Source of the DNA: Candidatus Aenigmatarchaeota archaeon | GTDB taxonomy: Archaea > Aenigmatarchaeota > Aenigmatarchaeia > CG10238-14 > SCSR01 | Reading direction: 5' to 3' | DNA length: 39,568 nt | Assembly: GCA_016177025.1 (NCBI GenBank) | Contig: JACOWB010000008.1 | Span: forward strand, 80,076 to 119,643 | Shown: one piece after another, positions 1-9,085 of the stretch | How the letters are laid out: every line of letters begins with the position of its first letter | Position numbering within the stretch: the first letter of the stretch is position 1 | Notes under the pieces: model-generated | Databases searched by the model: none | Told to the model about the DNA's origin: nothing | The model's input: the letters and a program-made list of their open reading frames with translations, nothing else | Translations under genes and position numbers: made by a program

Positions 1-1
1 C

Positions 2-373
2 GGGAAAGTTGTAGGGAACAGGATGCAATTGATAACCCAGTACGGGGGATTGCGCCCTTATGGTGCGTCCATGCTGTTGGGTGGTGTGGATAAGACTGGC
101 ATTCATTTAATTGAAACGGATCCGTCTGGGACTTTGTTTGAATGGAAGGCACAAGCAATCGGGAGAGGCGCTATTTTAGCTAACAAAATATTAAATCAGA
201 AATGGAAAGAGAACCTGAGCGAAAAGGAAGCATTTGAGATTGCATTGGATATAATCGACAAGACAGAAAAATCCGACAAGGAAAAAAGAGAAGTCGTCAC
301 AGATTTGGCTATTATCCGAAGAGATTCTAGGTTCAAAAAAGTAGATGAGAACTACATTAAAAATTTGAAGTGA
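2..373 (+). CDS. psmA: Proteasome alpha subunit (5'-truncated by window edge)
   Basis: TQYGGLRPYGASMLLGGVD and TDPSG...WKAQAIGRG motifs; directly upstream of SBDS-rrp4-rrp41-rrp42 as in the archaeal exosome superoperon. Confidence 0.95.
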   Translation, partial: GKVVGNRMQLITQYGGLRPYGASMLLGGVDKTGIHLIETDPSGTLFEWKAQAIGRGAILANKILNQKWKENLSEKEAFEIALDIIDKTEKSDKEKREVVTDLAIIRRDSRFKKVDENYIKNLK

Positions 374-431
374 GCAAAACAAAATTATTTAAACTCTACT
401 GATGTAGTATAATGAATGATTGCATTTATGA

Positions 432-1151
432 GTGATTCTGTTGACTGTAAGTATAGAAAAATCAGTTGTGGCTAAGTTAAATTACGCGCAACAAAAGTTT
501 GAAATACTCGTAGACCCGAATAAGGCTATGGATTTCAAAAACGGAAAAGGCATTCCGCTAGAGGATATACTCGCTTATCCTACAATTTACAAGGATGTAA
601 AAACTACAGATGCTGTGCCTGAGAAAGACCTGCAGAAGGCTTTCGGCACGACAGACGTGATGAAGATAGCTACTAGGATACTGAAAGAAGGGGACATACA
701 AATCACCACCGAACAGAGAAGGGAGATGACCGAACAGAAGAAGAACCAGATTGCAAACCTTATCTCGAAAAGGGGAATAAACCCACAGACGAACACGCCT
801 CATCCGGAGCAGAGAATCCTGAATGCGATGCAACAAGCTGGCGTGAATATAGATCCTTTTATGGATGTCGAGCTCCAGCTAGACAAAGTCGTGAAGGCTA
901 TTAAACCTTTATTACCTATAAAATTCCAGAATGTCACAGTGCAGATTAAAGTGTCTCCGCAATTTGCAGGGAAGGTGTATTCCATAATAAAGAGTGCAGG
1001 GAAGGTTACAAATGAACAGTGGCTCAATGATGGTTCTCTGCAGGCAAATATAGAAATGCTTGCGGGTATAATGGACGAATTCACGCAGAAACTTGCGAAT
1101 CTCACTCACGGCAGCTTCGAATCGAAGGTTATAAAGAGGGAAGACGTATGA
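432..1151 (+). CDS. sdo1: Ribosome maturation protein SBDS/Sdo1 (true start may be TTG at 441)
   Basis: FEILVDP, QITTEQRREM, INPQTNTPHP..RI..AM motifs; superoperon position. Confidence 0.95.
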   Translation: MILLTVSIEKSVVAKLNYAQQKFEILVDPNKAMDFKNGKGIPLEDILAYPTIYKDVKTTDAVPEKDLQKAFGTTDVMKIATRILKEGDIQITTEQRREMTEQKKNQIANLISKRGINPQTNTPHPEQRILNAMQQAGVNIDPFMDVELQLDKVVKAIKPLLPIKFQNVTVQIKVSPQFAGKVYSIIKSAGKVTNEQWLNDGSLQANIEMLAGIMDEFTQKLANLTHGSFESKVIKREDV

Positions 1152-1807
1152 AAGCGAGAAATGTAGTTATACCGGGTGACATGGTCGAGGAACGGAAAGG
1201 AAGGAAACTAGGGAATGGTGTATACGAAGAAAACGATAAAGTATTCTCGAAATTCTTGGGTGTCCCAAGAGCCACAGAAAATGATATCAATGTAATACCA
1301 TTGTCGGGAACGTATCTTCCAAGATTTGGCGATAGGATAATCGGCGTTATAGAAACTGTAGAAGTGTCGGGCTGGTTTGTTGATATAAACTCCCCGTATT
1401 CTGCGTTCCTTCCTTTGTCGGAGGCTGTGGAAGAATTTGTTGACTTGCAAAGAGCAGAGCTGACAAGATACTTTGACGTAGGCGATATTGTTTTCTGCAG
1501 GCTGTCCAAAGTGACGAAAACTAAAACCGTGCAAGCATCGATGAGAGATTTTGAATCCCGAAAACTCAGAAATGGTGTCCTGATCAAAGTCACACCGACA
1601 AAGATACCAAGGATAATCGGCAAGGAAGGCAGCATGATAATGATGATTAAGGAAAAGACAGGATGCGAAATAGTAACAGGACAGAACGGCTTGGTTTGGA
1701 TAAGAGGGGAGAACAAGGAGAAGGCCATCGAATCAATCCTGACGATAGAAAAAGAATCGCACACAATCGGTCTGACGGAGAAGATTGAAAAGATGCTGGG
1801 TGAATAA
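1148..1807 (+). CDS. rrp4: Exosome RNA-binding subunit Rrp4
   Basis: VIPGD N-terminus, S1 domain (YLPRFGDRIIG, VDINSPY), KH domain (PRIIGKEGSM, GQNGLVWI). Confidence 0.95.
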   Translation: MKARNVVIPGDMVEERKGRKLGNGVYEENDKVFSKFLGVPRATENDINVIPLSGTYLPRFGDRIIGVIETVEVSGWFVDINSPYSAFLPLSEAVEEFVDLQRAELTRYFDVGDIVFCRLSKVTKTKTVQASMRDFESRKLRNGVLIKVTPTKIPRIIGKEGSMIMMIKEKTGCEIVTGQNGLVWIRGENKEKAIESILTIEKESHTIGLTEKIEKMLGE

Positions 1808-2530
1808 ATGGGAAAGAAAACTGATAGTGAATTGATAATTGATGGCATAAGGTTGGACAAGAGGTTGCCTGACCAGACACGTGAGATCAAAATGAAAGTT
1901 GGGAATATAGTCAGTGCGAATGGTTCGGCCGAAGTTGCTTTTGGGAACACAACTGCTTTGGCATCTGTTCATGGACCGCGACCTTTATTTCCAAAGCATT
2001 TGCAGGAATCCCAAACAGGCATTCTTAGGGTCAGGTATAACATGGCACCATTTTCGGTTACAGACAGGAAATCACCGGGTCCTGACAGAAGAAGCGTAGA
2101 GATTTCGAAAGTAACCAGACTTGCACTAGAACCATCTCTATTTTTGGACGACTATCCGAAAGTGACTGTTGACGGGTTTGTAGAAATCATACAGGCCGAC
2201 GGTAGCACGAGAGTTACAGGAATCAATGCATTGTCTCTTGCTTTGGCATCTGCGGGGATACCAATGACGAGCCTTGTTTCTGCATGCTCTGTAGGAAAAA
2301 TCAACGGGACACTGATAGTTGACCTGAACGGCATGGAAGACAACAACTCCGAGTCTGATGTGGCGGTTGCGATGATGCCTGACAAGGATATAGTCACTCT
2401 GCTGCAGATGGACGGCATGCTTACCAAGGAAGAACTGCTTCATCTTCTTGGTCTCGCAAAAAAAACATGCGGCAAAATTTATGAAATGCAAAAGAATGCT
2501 TTGCTGGAGAAGTACAGGGGTGAGGAATGA
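1808..2530 (+). CDS. rrp41: Exosome complex exonuclease Rrp41
   Basis: RNase PH fold: RYNMAPFSV..RK.PGPDRRS.EISK, QADGSTR, LLQMDG. Confidence 0.96.
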   Translation: MGKKTDSELIIDGIRLDKRLPDQTREIKMKVGNIVSANGSAEVAFGNTTALASVHGPRPLFPKHLQESQTGILRVRYNMAPFSVTDRKSPGPDRRSVEISKVTRLALEPSLFLDDYPKVTVDGFVEIIQADGSTRVTGINALSLALASAGIPMTSLVSACSVGKINGTLIVDLNGMEDNNSESDVAVAMMPDKDIVTLLQMDGMLTKEELLHLLGLAKKTCGKIYEMQKNALLEKYRGEE

Positions 2531-3291
2531 TGGAAACTTATGCGCTTGAATTAATCCAAAGTGGAAAGAGAATAGACAAAAGGGAATTCCTGCAATTCAG
2601 GAACGCTGAAATAAAGGAAAATGTGATAGCCACCGCTGAGGGATCTGCTTATGTGAAATTGGGAAACACTCAGGTTATCGCAGGTGTAAAGATGAATGTT
2701 GGCACGCCTTTTGCGGACACGCCGAATGAGGGCGTGTTTTCTGTAAGCGCGGAATTCACGCCACTGGCATCAGAAGAATTTGAAAGCGGTCCTCCCGGTG
2801 AGGATGCTGTGGAACTTGCGAGAATCGTGGATCGCGGCATCAGGGAATCAAAAACCATAGAAATGGGGAAGCTTGTGATCACGCCGGGTGAGAAGGTATG
2901 GAGTGTTTTTGTCGACATACACATTATAGACAACCAAGGCAACCTTTTGAATGCCGCCGCGCTTGCCGCGCTTACTGCACTTTTAAACACGCGCATACCT
3001 AAGCTAGACACTGAAGGCAAAGTCCTTAGAGGCGACTATGAACGCAAACTCCCGGTTGTGCACAAGCCTATCACTGTCTCTGTGTGCAAAGTGGGTGACA
3101 AGCTGTTTTTGGATCCCACGAAAGAAGAGGAATCTGTTCTGGATTCGAAACTCTCGATAGCAGTCATGGAAGACGATACGATTTGTGCCATGCAAAAGCA
3201 GGGAAATAAAGGGATTGAATTTGCCATGCTGGAAAGCATGATCGACATAGCTATCGAGAAATCTAAAGAACTGAGGAAACTGGTGAAGTGA
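2527..3291 (+). CDS. rrp42: Exosome complex component Rrp42
   Basis: GKRIDKR, AEGSAYVKLGNTQV, FESGPPGEDAVELARIVDRGIRES, DPTKEEE. Confidence 0.96.
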   Translation: MMETYALELIQSGKRIDKREFLQFRNAEIKENVIATAEGSAYVKLGNTQVIAGVKMNVGTPFADTPNEGVFSVSAEFTPLASEEFESGPPGEDAVELARIVDRGIRESKTIEMGKLVITPGEKVWSVFVDIHIIDNQGNLLNAAALAALTALLNTRIPKLDTEGKVLRGDYERKLPVVHKPITVSVCKVGDKLFLDPTKEEESVLDSKLSIAVMEDDTICAMQKQGNKGIEFAMLESMIDIAIEKSKELRKLVK

Positions 3292-3458
3292 TGGGGATCA
3301 AAACTGTTTATAAAAAAATAAAACTTGCGAGGATACACAAGATAAAAAATTCGCCGAGATGGGCCGACATCAGAAAGTTTGGCATGAAAAGAGCCCGTAG
3401 AAGACGAATACAGGTAACCAAAGTAAAGAGATGGCGAAGAACTAGAATTAAAGTTTAA
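3291..3458 (+). CDS. rpl39e: 50S ribosomal protein L39e (55 aa, absent from ORF track)
   Basis: Manual translation MGIKTVYKKIKLARIHKIKNSPRWADIRKFGMKRARRRRIQVTKVKRWRRTRIKV matches the L39e pattern KK.KLA...K....P.W...WRRT..K; TGATG coupling to the rrp42 stop. Confidence 0.88.
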   Translation: MGIKTVYKKIKLARIHKIKNSPRWADIRKFGMKRARRRRIQVTKVKRWRRTRIKV

Positions 3459-3892
3459 ACATCCCAACAAGCTTGAGTGTTTGTGCACTTTCCTTCAACT
3501 GTTACTAATGTCTGGCACAAGCCTCTGACAATTATGGACGTGTTTGGACTATGGAGAGGTGCCGGTATTGTACCATTTGCAGGAGATGTCACACCCGACT
3601 CACCTGGACTTAAGGTCTGGTCTGTTGCAGTTTGAGTATTTCCATTAGTATATACTATTACCACACCCGTGAGCGTCTGGCTGTTAGGATTTAAATAGGA
3701 TATTGAAGCATTAGTCACGCTGTAAACATTAATCCATGCACCTCCACACAGTGTTAACGCCTCAGTCTGATTTCCTGATACGCGCGTTTGTGTGGTTAAT
3801 AATCCAGTGGCAAATATAGAAATCAGTCCGCCGACACCGACTGTAAATGCTATAAGAAGAACTACAGCAATCATAGGAGAAATGGCTTTCAT
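3455..3892 (-). CDS. Archaeal type IV pilin-like protein (class III signal peptide)
   Basis: MKA|ISPMIAVVLLIAFTV hydrophobic N-terminus; Thr/Asn/Ser-rich body with N-x-S/T sequons and 4 Cys. Confidence 0.85.
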   Translation of the reverse strand: MKAISPMIAVVLLIAFTVGVGGLISIFATGLLTTQTRVSGNQTEALTLCGGAWINVYSVTNASISYLNPNSQTLTGVVIVYTNGNTQTATDQTLSPGESGVTSPANGTIPAPLHSPNTSIIVRGLCQTLVTVEGKCTNTQACWDV

Positions 3893-4342
3893 TTAGACAT
3901 CCCAGCAGTCTTGAGAGCTGGTGCATTTTCCTTCGGCAGTAACAAGTGTTTGACATAGCCCTCTAACGGTTACTGAAGTGTTTGGGGTGCACGCACCACA
4001 AGACAATCCACCATTGAAGCCTGTTGTACTATTAGATGTCACACCGGATTCTCCCGGACTTAAGGTTGTATCTGCGGCATTTACTGTATTCCCATTAGTG
4101 AAAACTATTACGACTCCTGTCAATGTCTGACTGTTAGGATTTGAATAGAGTACTGTCGTATTTGTAACGCTGTACACATTAATCCACGCACCAGCACATC
4201 TTGTCAAGGCTTCGCTCTGGTTAGAGGTTATCCCTGTTGACGTAGTTGTCAGTCCTGTGACAAATATAGAAATCAGTCCGCCGACACCGACTGTAAATGC
4301 TATAAGAAGAACTACAGCAATCATAGGAGAAATGGCTTTCAT
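3811..4342. repeat. 82-bp perfect direct repeat (3811-3892 and 4261-4342) covering the 5' ends of both pilin genes
   Basis: caaatatagaaatcagtccg...ggagaaatggctttcat is identical in both copies, 450 bp apart. Confidence 0.95.
3893..4342 (-). CDS. Archaeal type IV pilin-like protein, tandem paralog of 3455..3892
   Basis: Identical first 27 residues; similar body with an extra CGAC loop. Confidence 0.85.
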   Translation of the reverse strand: MKAISPMIAVVLLIAFTVGVGGLISIFVTGLTTTSTGITSNQSEALTRCAGAWINVYSVTNTTVLYSNPNSQTLTGVVIVFTNGNTVNAADTTLSPGESGVTSNSTTGFNGGLSCGACTPNTSVTVRGLCQTLVTAEGKCTSSQDCWDV

Positions 4343-4351
4343 CTATATCTT

Positions 4352-4384
4352 TAAATAATTTGACGGTGTCGCCTTAAATACTTT
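4352..4384 (-). promoter_or_regulatory. BRE/TATA promoter of pilin pair 1, with a motif shared with the 8596 pilin promoter
   Basis: Minus strand AAAGTATTTAAGGCGACACCGTCAAATTATTTA upstream of ATG 4342. Confidence 0.55.
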
Positions 4385-4404
4385 TTGTTAGAGATTGCTA
4401 AACA

Positions 4405-4569
4405 TCAGACTTTCAGCAATTCGGCATAACCGCATTTTCCGCATGATAGTCTGTTCTTGTGCTGTCCCAGGATACTGACTCCACATCTAGGACAATATCG
4501 CATTTTTCTCTCTACTTTCCCTTCGTTTACTGAGAAATATTTATGCTGTTGCACTGGCCTGTGTTTCAC
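4405..4569 (-). CDS. rps27ae: 30S ribosomal protein S27ae (54 aa, absent from ORF track)
   Basis: Manual translation (GTG)KHRPVQQHKYFSVNEGKVERKMRYCPRCGVSILGQHKNRLSCGKCGYAELLKV; CPRCG...H..R..CGKCGY zinc ribbon; AGGTGA SD; follows rps24e. Confidence 0.93.
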   Translation of the reverse strand: MKHRPVQQHKYFSVNEGKVERKMRYCPRCGVSILGQHKNRLSCGKCGYAELLKV

Positions 4570-4837
4570 TGTTTTCACCTTTTGTCTCTTCTGCTTTTAC
4601 TGTTTCCTTAGGCTTTTCTTGGAGAATCTTACAACTTACAAAAGATTCGCCCAAACCCCTTTGAGAAAAAACATAATCTATCTGAACTTGCGATATGTCC
4701 ACGCCGTATTTCGAAGCCAGCTCCTTGCCGATGTCAGCTTTAGAAGGCGTGGAACTCCCCAGATGTCGTATCCTGACCTTCAAGTCCTTTCTTTTGAAAA
4801 AGGGATTCTCCTTATCTTCTATTATTTCAATCTCCAT
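4541..4837 (-). CDS. rps24e: 30S ribosomal protein S24e
   Basis: MEIEIIEDKENPFFKRK...H.GSSTPSK motif; position between spt4 and rps27ae. Confidence 0.92.
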   Translation of the reverse strand: MEIEIIEDKENPFFKRKDLKVRIRHLGSSTPSKADIGKELASKYGVDISQVQIDYVFSQRGLGESFVSCKILQEKPKETVKAEETKGENSETQASATA

Positions 4838-4838
4838 T

Positions 4839-5027
4839 TCAACCAACATATATAGCATATTTGCCTGTTTCTGTTATGTTCAGCATCTTTGCCATCTCAC
4901 TGTTCACGTCTGTAATCACAACCATCCCCTTCCAGCTTGTCGATAGATTCGTGGACTTGCACGCATCGCATACTTTTTCATTTGTGAATCTTCTGCAGTT
5001 CCTGCAGACCTGCAATCTCTTGGCCAT
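4839..5027 (-). CDS. spt4: Transcription elongation factor Spt4 (RpoE2)
   Basis: CRNC...CDAC zinc ribbon, W.GMVVI.D..SEMAK.LNI...GKYA. Confidence 0.95.
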   Translation of the reverse strand: MAKRLQVCRNCRRFTNEKVCDACKSTNLSTSWKGMVVITDVNSEMAKMLNITETGKYAIYVG

Positions 5028-5031
5028 CAAA

Positions 5032-5592
5032 TCACTTCTCAGGTATTCCTTTCTTCTGCTTCTTTTTTTCAGCTTCGATCCATTGCAAAGCCCCTAGCAA
5101 CGGTTGCCTCATGGTTAGACCTATCTTGTTGCCCTCCTCCCATGATATAGAAATTATCCTGCCTTTTACCAGGTCGCCTTCTTTCAGAGTCTTCTTTGTT
5201 TCTCTCCCCAAAAACAAGGAATTCTTGTTGTCAAAGCTGACATAATCGTCCATTAGCTGCGAGATATGAACAAGGCCGTCAAGCGGACCGACACGAACAA
5301 ACGAACCGAACTCCGTGTTGTCCACAACTTCGCCTAACGCGAGTTCATGCAATTCCGGCTTGTACACCAGAGCCTTGAATATCACAGGATAATGAATGCC
5401 CGGGTCTTCTGGAAATATCCTTCCCTCTTCAATCTTGTCCACGCTTATTATAGACAGCACCACGCCTATTTTCGGGTCTATTGTGCATTCGTACTTGTCG
5501 CCTAGAGCCTGCCTTACGGCTTCGCGAGACTTCATAGTAAACTTGTCCGGAGGCACCCTAATCGTGTCTTCAATTGTCAGTATTCGGTACAT
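5032..5592 (-). CDS. rpoE1: DNA-directed RNA polymerase subunit E' (Rpo7)
   Basis: [42 protein letters not shown]. Confidence 0.96.
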   Translation of the reverse strand: MYRILTIEDTIRVPPDKFTMKSREAVRQALGDKYECTIDPKIGVVLSIISVDKIEEGRIFPEDPGIHYPVIFKALVYKPELHELALGEVVDNTEFGSFVRVGPLDGLVHISQLMDDYVSFDNKNSLFLGRETKKTLKEGDLVKGRIISISWEEGNKIGLTMRQPLLGALQWIEAEKKKQKKGIPEK

Positions 5593-5596
5593 TTCA

Positions 5597-7561
5597 TCAC
5601 AACAAAGAATATGTAATTAGCAATCCTGCAGATAAAAGTGCCACCATGTTCATAACTTTAATTAAAGGATTTAAGCTTGGTCCGGCCGTGTCCTTGCTCG
5701 GGTCGCCAACCGTGTCGCCGACGACAGCGGCTTTGTGCGCATCAGACCCCTTGCCGCCGAAATTCCCTATCTCTATGAATTTTTTTGCATTGTCCCATGC
5801 GGCTCCCATGTTAGCCATCGTTATCGCAAGCAGAAAACCAGTAACAATGCTTCCTGCAAGCATTCCCCCCAGAGCCTCGGCACCTAAGACAAATCCTACA
5901 GCCAAAGGTGTGATAACTGCAATGATTCCAGGGACAATAAATTCTTTTATAGCCGCTCTAGTTGTTATGTCAACACATTTTGCATAATCCGGCTTGGCTC
6001 TCCCTTGCATCAAACCTTTTATTGTCTTGAATTGCCTGCGAACCTCCTCGACTATTGAGAATGCAGCCCTGCCTACTGCACGCATCAAGAATGACGAAAA
6101 CAGAAACGGTATCATGCCGCCGATGAATATTCCGATAACAACATTAACCTTCAGTATGTCTATCACTTGCAATTGTGCAGCCTCAGCATACGCGACAAAC
6201 AAGGACAATGCAGCCAATGCAGCTGAACCGATGGCAAACCCTTTTGTAACAGCTTTTGTCGTGTTTCCTACAGCGTCAAGAGCGTCTGTGACTTTCCTTA
6301 CACTAGGCGAAAGTTTAGACATCTCTGCTATCCCGCCGGCATTATCGGTTATCGGCCCGTAAGAGTCCACTGCGACTATCATCCCTGTTACAGACAGCAT
6401 CCCCAGAGCGGCAATCGCGATTCCGTAGACACCGGCAAAATAATATGATGCGAAAATTGCTGCGACTATCAGGAGTGCTGTTGGATATGTGCTCCTCATC
6501 CCCAATGCAAGTCCTGCGATTATGTTAGTTCCTGCTCCTGTTTTTGCCGCCTCTGCAACCTCCCTGACAGATTTTCTATCGCGCGCTGTATAGAACTCTG
6601 TGATATAGCTGATGATTAACGTCGCACCCAAGCCCACCAGCGCAGCGTAAAATATGTTCATGTTCTGAAACACGAAGTTGGACATCAGATAAAATAGAAT
6701 TGCCGCGACGACTGTTGTCGCTATCACACCTTTATACAAAGCGTTCCAGATGTTTCGATCTCTGCCTAGTCTGACAAAGAATGTTCCTATAACAGAAGCC
6801 ACGATTCCTGCAGCACCTATCGCAAGCGGGAATAAAACCGCATTAGTTCCGATTGTCAGACCTAAAAGCATTGCTGCGATTAAAGTAATTGCATAAGATT
6901 CGAACAAGTCGGCTGCCATACCGGCGCAGTCTCCGACGTTATCGCCTACATTATCGGCAATCACTCCCGGGTTTCTAGGGTCGTCTTCGGGAATTCCTTT
7001 CTCGACTTTACCGACCAAATCCGCACCAACATCTGCTGCTTTCGTATAAATGCCGCCGCCCACCCTCATGAACAAACTTATCAAGCTCGCACCAAATCCG
7101 AATCCGATAGTCAAAGCAACGCCTTGCGTGAAATAGAAAAGTGTCGTGATGCCTAAAAGGGACAGCCCGGCAACAACTAATCCTGTGACAGCGCCCCCCT
7201 TGAAGGCAACGTCCAAAGCCTGCACCAACCCTGCTTTAGCGGCTTCTGCTGTTCTTACGTTAGCCCTTGTAGAAATATTCATTCCTATATAGCCGGCAAG
7301 CCCTGACAAAACTGCCCCCAATACAAATGCCGCCGCTGTGAGCATGTTAAAAGCGAAAAACAAAACTACCGATAATATAATTACAATCGGGGCCAATGTT
7401 TTGTACTGCCTGAACAGATATGTGTTGGCGCCGTTCTTTATCGCATCTGATATCTCGACCATCTGTTTGCTTCCAGTCGGTTTTGACGTGATGTTGAAAA
7501 TCAGATATGCAGAATACAGCAAAGCCAGTACACCCGCGATAAAGCCGAACAACACTACCAT
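5597..7561 (-). CDS. hppA: Membrane-bound ion-translocating pyrophosphatase, K+-independent type
   Basis: [39 protein letters not shown] motifs; GNTTKA (Lys) signature of K+-independent enzymes; many TM helices. Confidence 0.96.
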   Translation of the reverse strand: MVVLFGFIAGVLALLYSAYLIFNITSKPTGSKQMVEISDAIKNGANTYLFRQYKTLAPIVIILSVVLFFAFNMLTAAAFVLGAVLSGLAGYIGMNISTRANVRTAEAAKAGLVQALDVAFKGGAVTGLVVAGLSLLGITTLFYFTQGVALTIGFGFGASLISLFMRVGGGIYTKAADVGADLVGKVEKGIPEDDPRNPGVIADNVGDNVGDCAGMAADLFESYAITLIAAMLLGLTIGTNAVLFPLAIGAAGIVASVIGTFFVRLGRDRNIWNALYKGVIATTVVAAILFYLMSNFVFQNMNIFYAALVGLGATLIISYITEFYTARDRKSVREVAEAAKTGAGTNIIAGLALGMRSTYPTALLIVAAIFASYYFAGVYGIAIAALGMLSVTGMIVAVDSYGPITDNAGGIAEMSKLSPSVRKVTDALDAVGNTTKAVTKGFAIGSAALAALSLFVAYAEAAQLQVIDILKVNVVIGIFIGGMIPFLFSSFLMRAVGRAAFSIVEEVRRQFKTIKGLMQGRAKPDYAKCVDITTRAAIKEFIVPGIIAVITPLAVGFVLGAEALGGMLAGSIVTGFLLAITMANMGAAWDNAKKFIEIGNFGGKGSDAHKAAVVGDTVGDPSKDTAGPSLNPLIKVMNMVALLSAGLLITYSLL

Positions 7562-7566
7562 TTTAT

Positions 7567-7932
7567 CTAACCTATAGCTAAATGTTTCTTAGACTTTAAA
7601 TAAATAGCTTTTCTGCCCAATGCTTTTAATTTTTTCCTCAGTTCAATATCGTTGGTTGCAACTAATGTTTTATCGTCTGCAAGGGTTGTCATGATCCTAT
7701 CAGGCATCTCCGCAGATTCCAAAACCTTTATGTTATATTCCTTGACGAGTTTCAAGGCTACTTTGGCGTTGACCCCTGCAAATGAACTCCTTTTAGAAAT
7801 TCTTATCAACTCCGTTTTCACGGAACTCAGCATTGTCAGCTCATTCTTTCCTATCAATTCATCTATCTCCCTCAAATCAATCTTGAACCTGACAGCATCG
7901 ATTAGGAAGTTCGTATCCAGCAAGACTCTCAT
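7567..7932 (-). CDS. PIN-domain protein, Fcf1/Utp24-like (COG1412)
   Basis: VLLDTNFL...V..EL...VATND..LRKKLK; usual neighbour of eIF2g/rpoE. Confidence 0.9.
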   Translation of the reverse strand: MRVLLDTNFLIDAVRFKIDLREIDELIGKNELTMLSSVKTELIRISKRSSFAGVNAKVALKLVKEYNIKVLESAEMPDRIMTTLADDKTLVATNDIELRKKLKALGRKAIYLKSKKHLAIG

Positions 7933-7939
7933 AGAAATA

Positions 7940-8068
7940 TTATCTTTTGTGGCTTTTTTTATGCGTTTCGTTGTGGTGGGCTAGAAGAAGATATAGAATT
8001 CCAGTTGCAAGAGCAAGGTTGGATAGGATGAGAAATGTGTTCGCATCCGCTGCGACTGCAATAGGCAT
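7940..8068 (-). CDS. Putative 42-aa single-TM small protein
   Basis: MPIAVAADANTFLILSNLALATGILYLLLAHHNETHKKSHKR; fills the gap between an AT-rich TATA region and the PIN gene, ending 7 nt before its ATG. Confidence 0.5.
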   Translation of the reverse strand: MPIAVAADANTFLILSNLALATGILYLLLAHHNETHKKSHKR

Positions 8069-8135
8069 AGAATAAATTCTGTTTTATCTAATAAATAGGT
8101 TTATATTAAGGGAAATTGAATTATGGTTAGATAGA

Positions 8136-8549
8136 ATGAAAGGTATATCCGAAATTATTGCAACTATTCTGATGCTGATGATCACGCTTGCTATTTCAGG
8201 TACTGCTTATATTTTCATTTCGGGAGCGTTCACGCAGCAGACGCAGGGGCTGGAAGTGGTGGATGCTTATTGTCAGGATGGGTCGCCTGATGTTGTGAAT
8301 CTGATTATGAGAAATCTAGGAACCGCTACGATAAGTGCTTCCGGCGTGGTAGTGACTCAAACGAATCCTACAGAACCGGTTCCGCCTGAAAATCCGAATA
8401 GGGCGTGGGTGGGAGGCATAACCTCTATTGCACCAGGAACTACCGGCACATTGCAGGACGCGTGTGAAGGCAACGGTCCAAGAACCTGCATCTACAGGGT
8501 TCTGCCGCCAATAGGCAGATCCATAATTGCATCAGTATCTTGCACGTAA
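8136..8549 (+). CDS. Archaeal type IV pilin-like protein
   Basis: MKG|ISEIIATILMLMITLAISGTAY class III signal; RNLGT motif; 4 Cys. Confidence 0.88.
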   Translation: MKGISEIIATILMLMITLAISGTAYIFISGAFTQQTQGLEVVDAYCQDGSPDVVNLIMRNLGTATISASGVVVTQTNPTEPVPPENPNRAWVGGITSIAPGTTGTLQDACEGNGPRTCIYRVLPPIGRSIIASVSCT

Positions 8550-8579
8550 AGTATTTAAAGGGACAATTCAAAATATTTA
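8548..8579 (+). promoter_or_regulatory. BRE/TATA promoter of pilin 8596
   Basis: AAAGTATTTAAAGGGACAATTCAAAATATTTA, similar to the element at 4352-4384. Confidence 0.55.
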
Positions 8580-8595
8580 TAAAGGTTGAGATTTG

Positions 8596-9054
8596 ATGAA
8601 AGCCATATCGACGGTCATTGCAACTATTCTGATGCTGATGATCACAATCGCTTTGGCCGGGACTGCTTATTTGTACATATCGGGGTCGTTTACCACACAG
8701 ACGCAGGGGCTGGAAGTGGTGGATGCCTTTTGTAACAATAGAGTAAATGCTACTATTTCATTCAGAAATATTGGGACGAATGCTGTAACATTTGTTTCTG
8801 GTCTGTGCAGTGCAACTGGTGTGAGTCCATGCGGATCGATAACTGTTGTAAGAACGGCAGGAGGAGGGACTATGAAGCTGTCCGGAAGTAGTGCTACAAT
8901 TGATCCGGGGGTTACGGCTACACTAGTCGACGGTGAGGATCCTGTTGCAGGTGCGCAAGGATGCACAGACTTTGGAGTACCAAGAAGCTGTGTTTATAGA
9001 ATCACACCGCCTTCGGGAAGAAGCGTTGTAGCGACTGTGTCTTGTCCTGGGTAA
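8596..9054 (+). CDS. Archaeal type IV pilin-like protein, paralog of 8136..8549
   Basis: MKA|ISTVIATILMLMITIALAGTAY; RNIGT; C-terminal C.YRITPPSGRS...VSC shared with the paralog. Confidence 0.88.
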   Translation: MKAISTVIATILMLMITIALAGTAYLYISGSFTTQTQGLEVVDAFCNNRVNATISFRNIGTNAVTFVSGLCSATGVSPCGSITVVRTAGGGTMKLSGSSATIDPGVTATLVDGEDPVAGAQGCTDFGVPRSCVYRITPPSGRSVVATVSCPG

Positions 9055-9085
9055 TCTTTTAGTTACAAGAAACTAAATTTAAGTT

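Noticed and set aside
3455-4342. Diversity-generating retroelement TR/VR pair in the pilin repeats
   Set aside because: Differences are not adenine-specific, both copies are intact ORFs, and no reverse transcriptase is present in the window.
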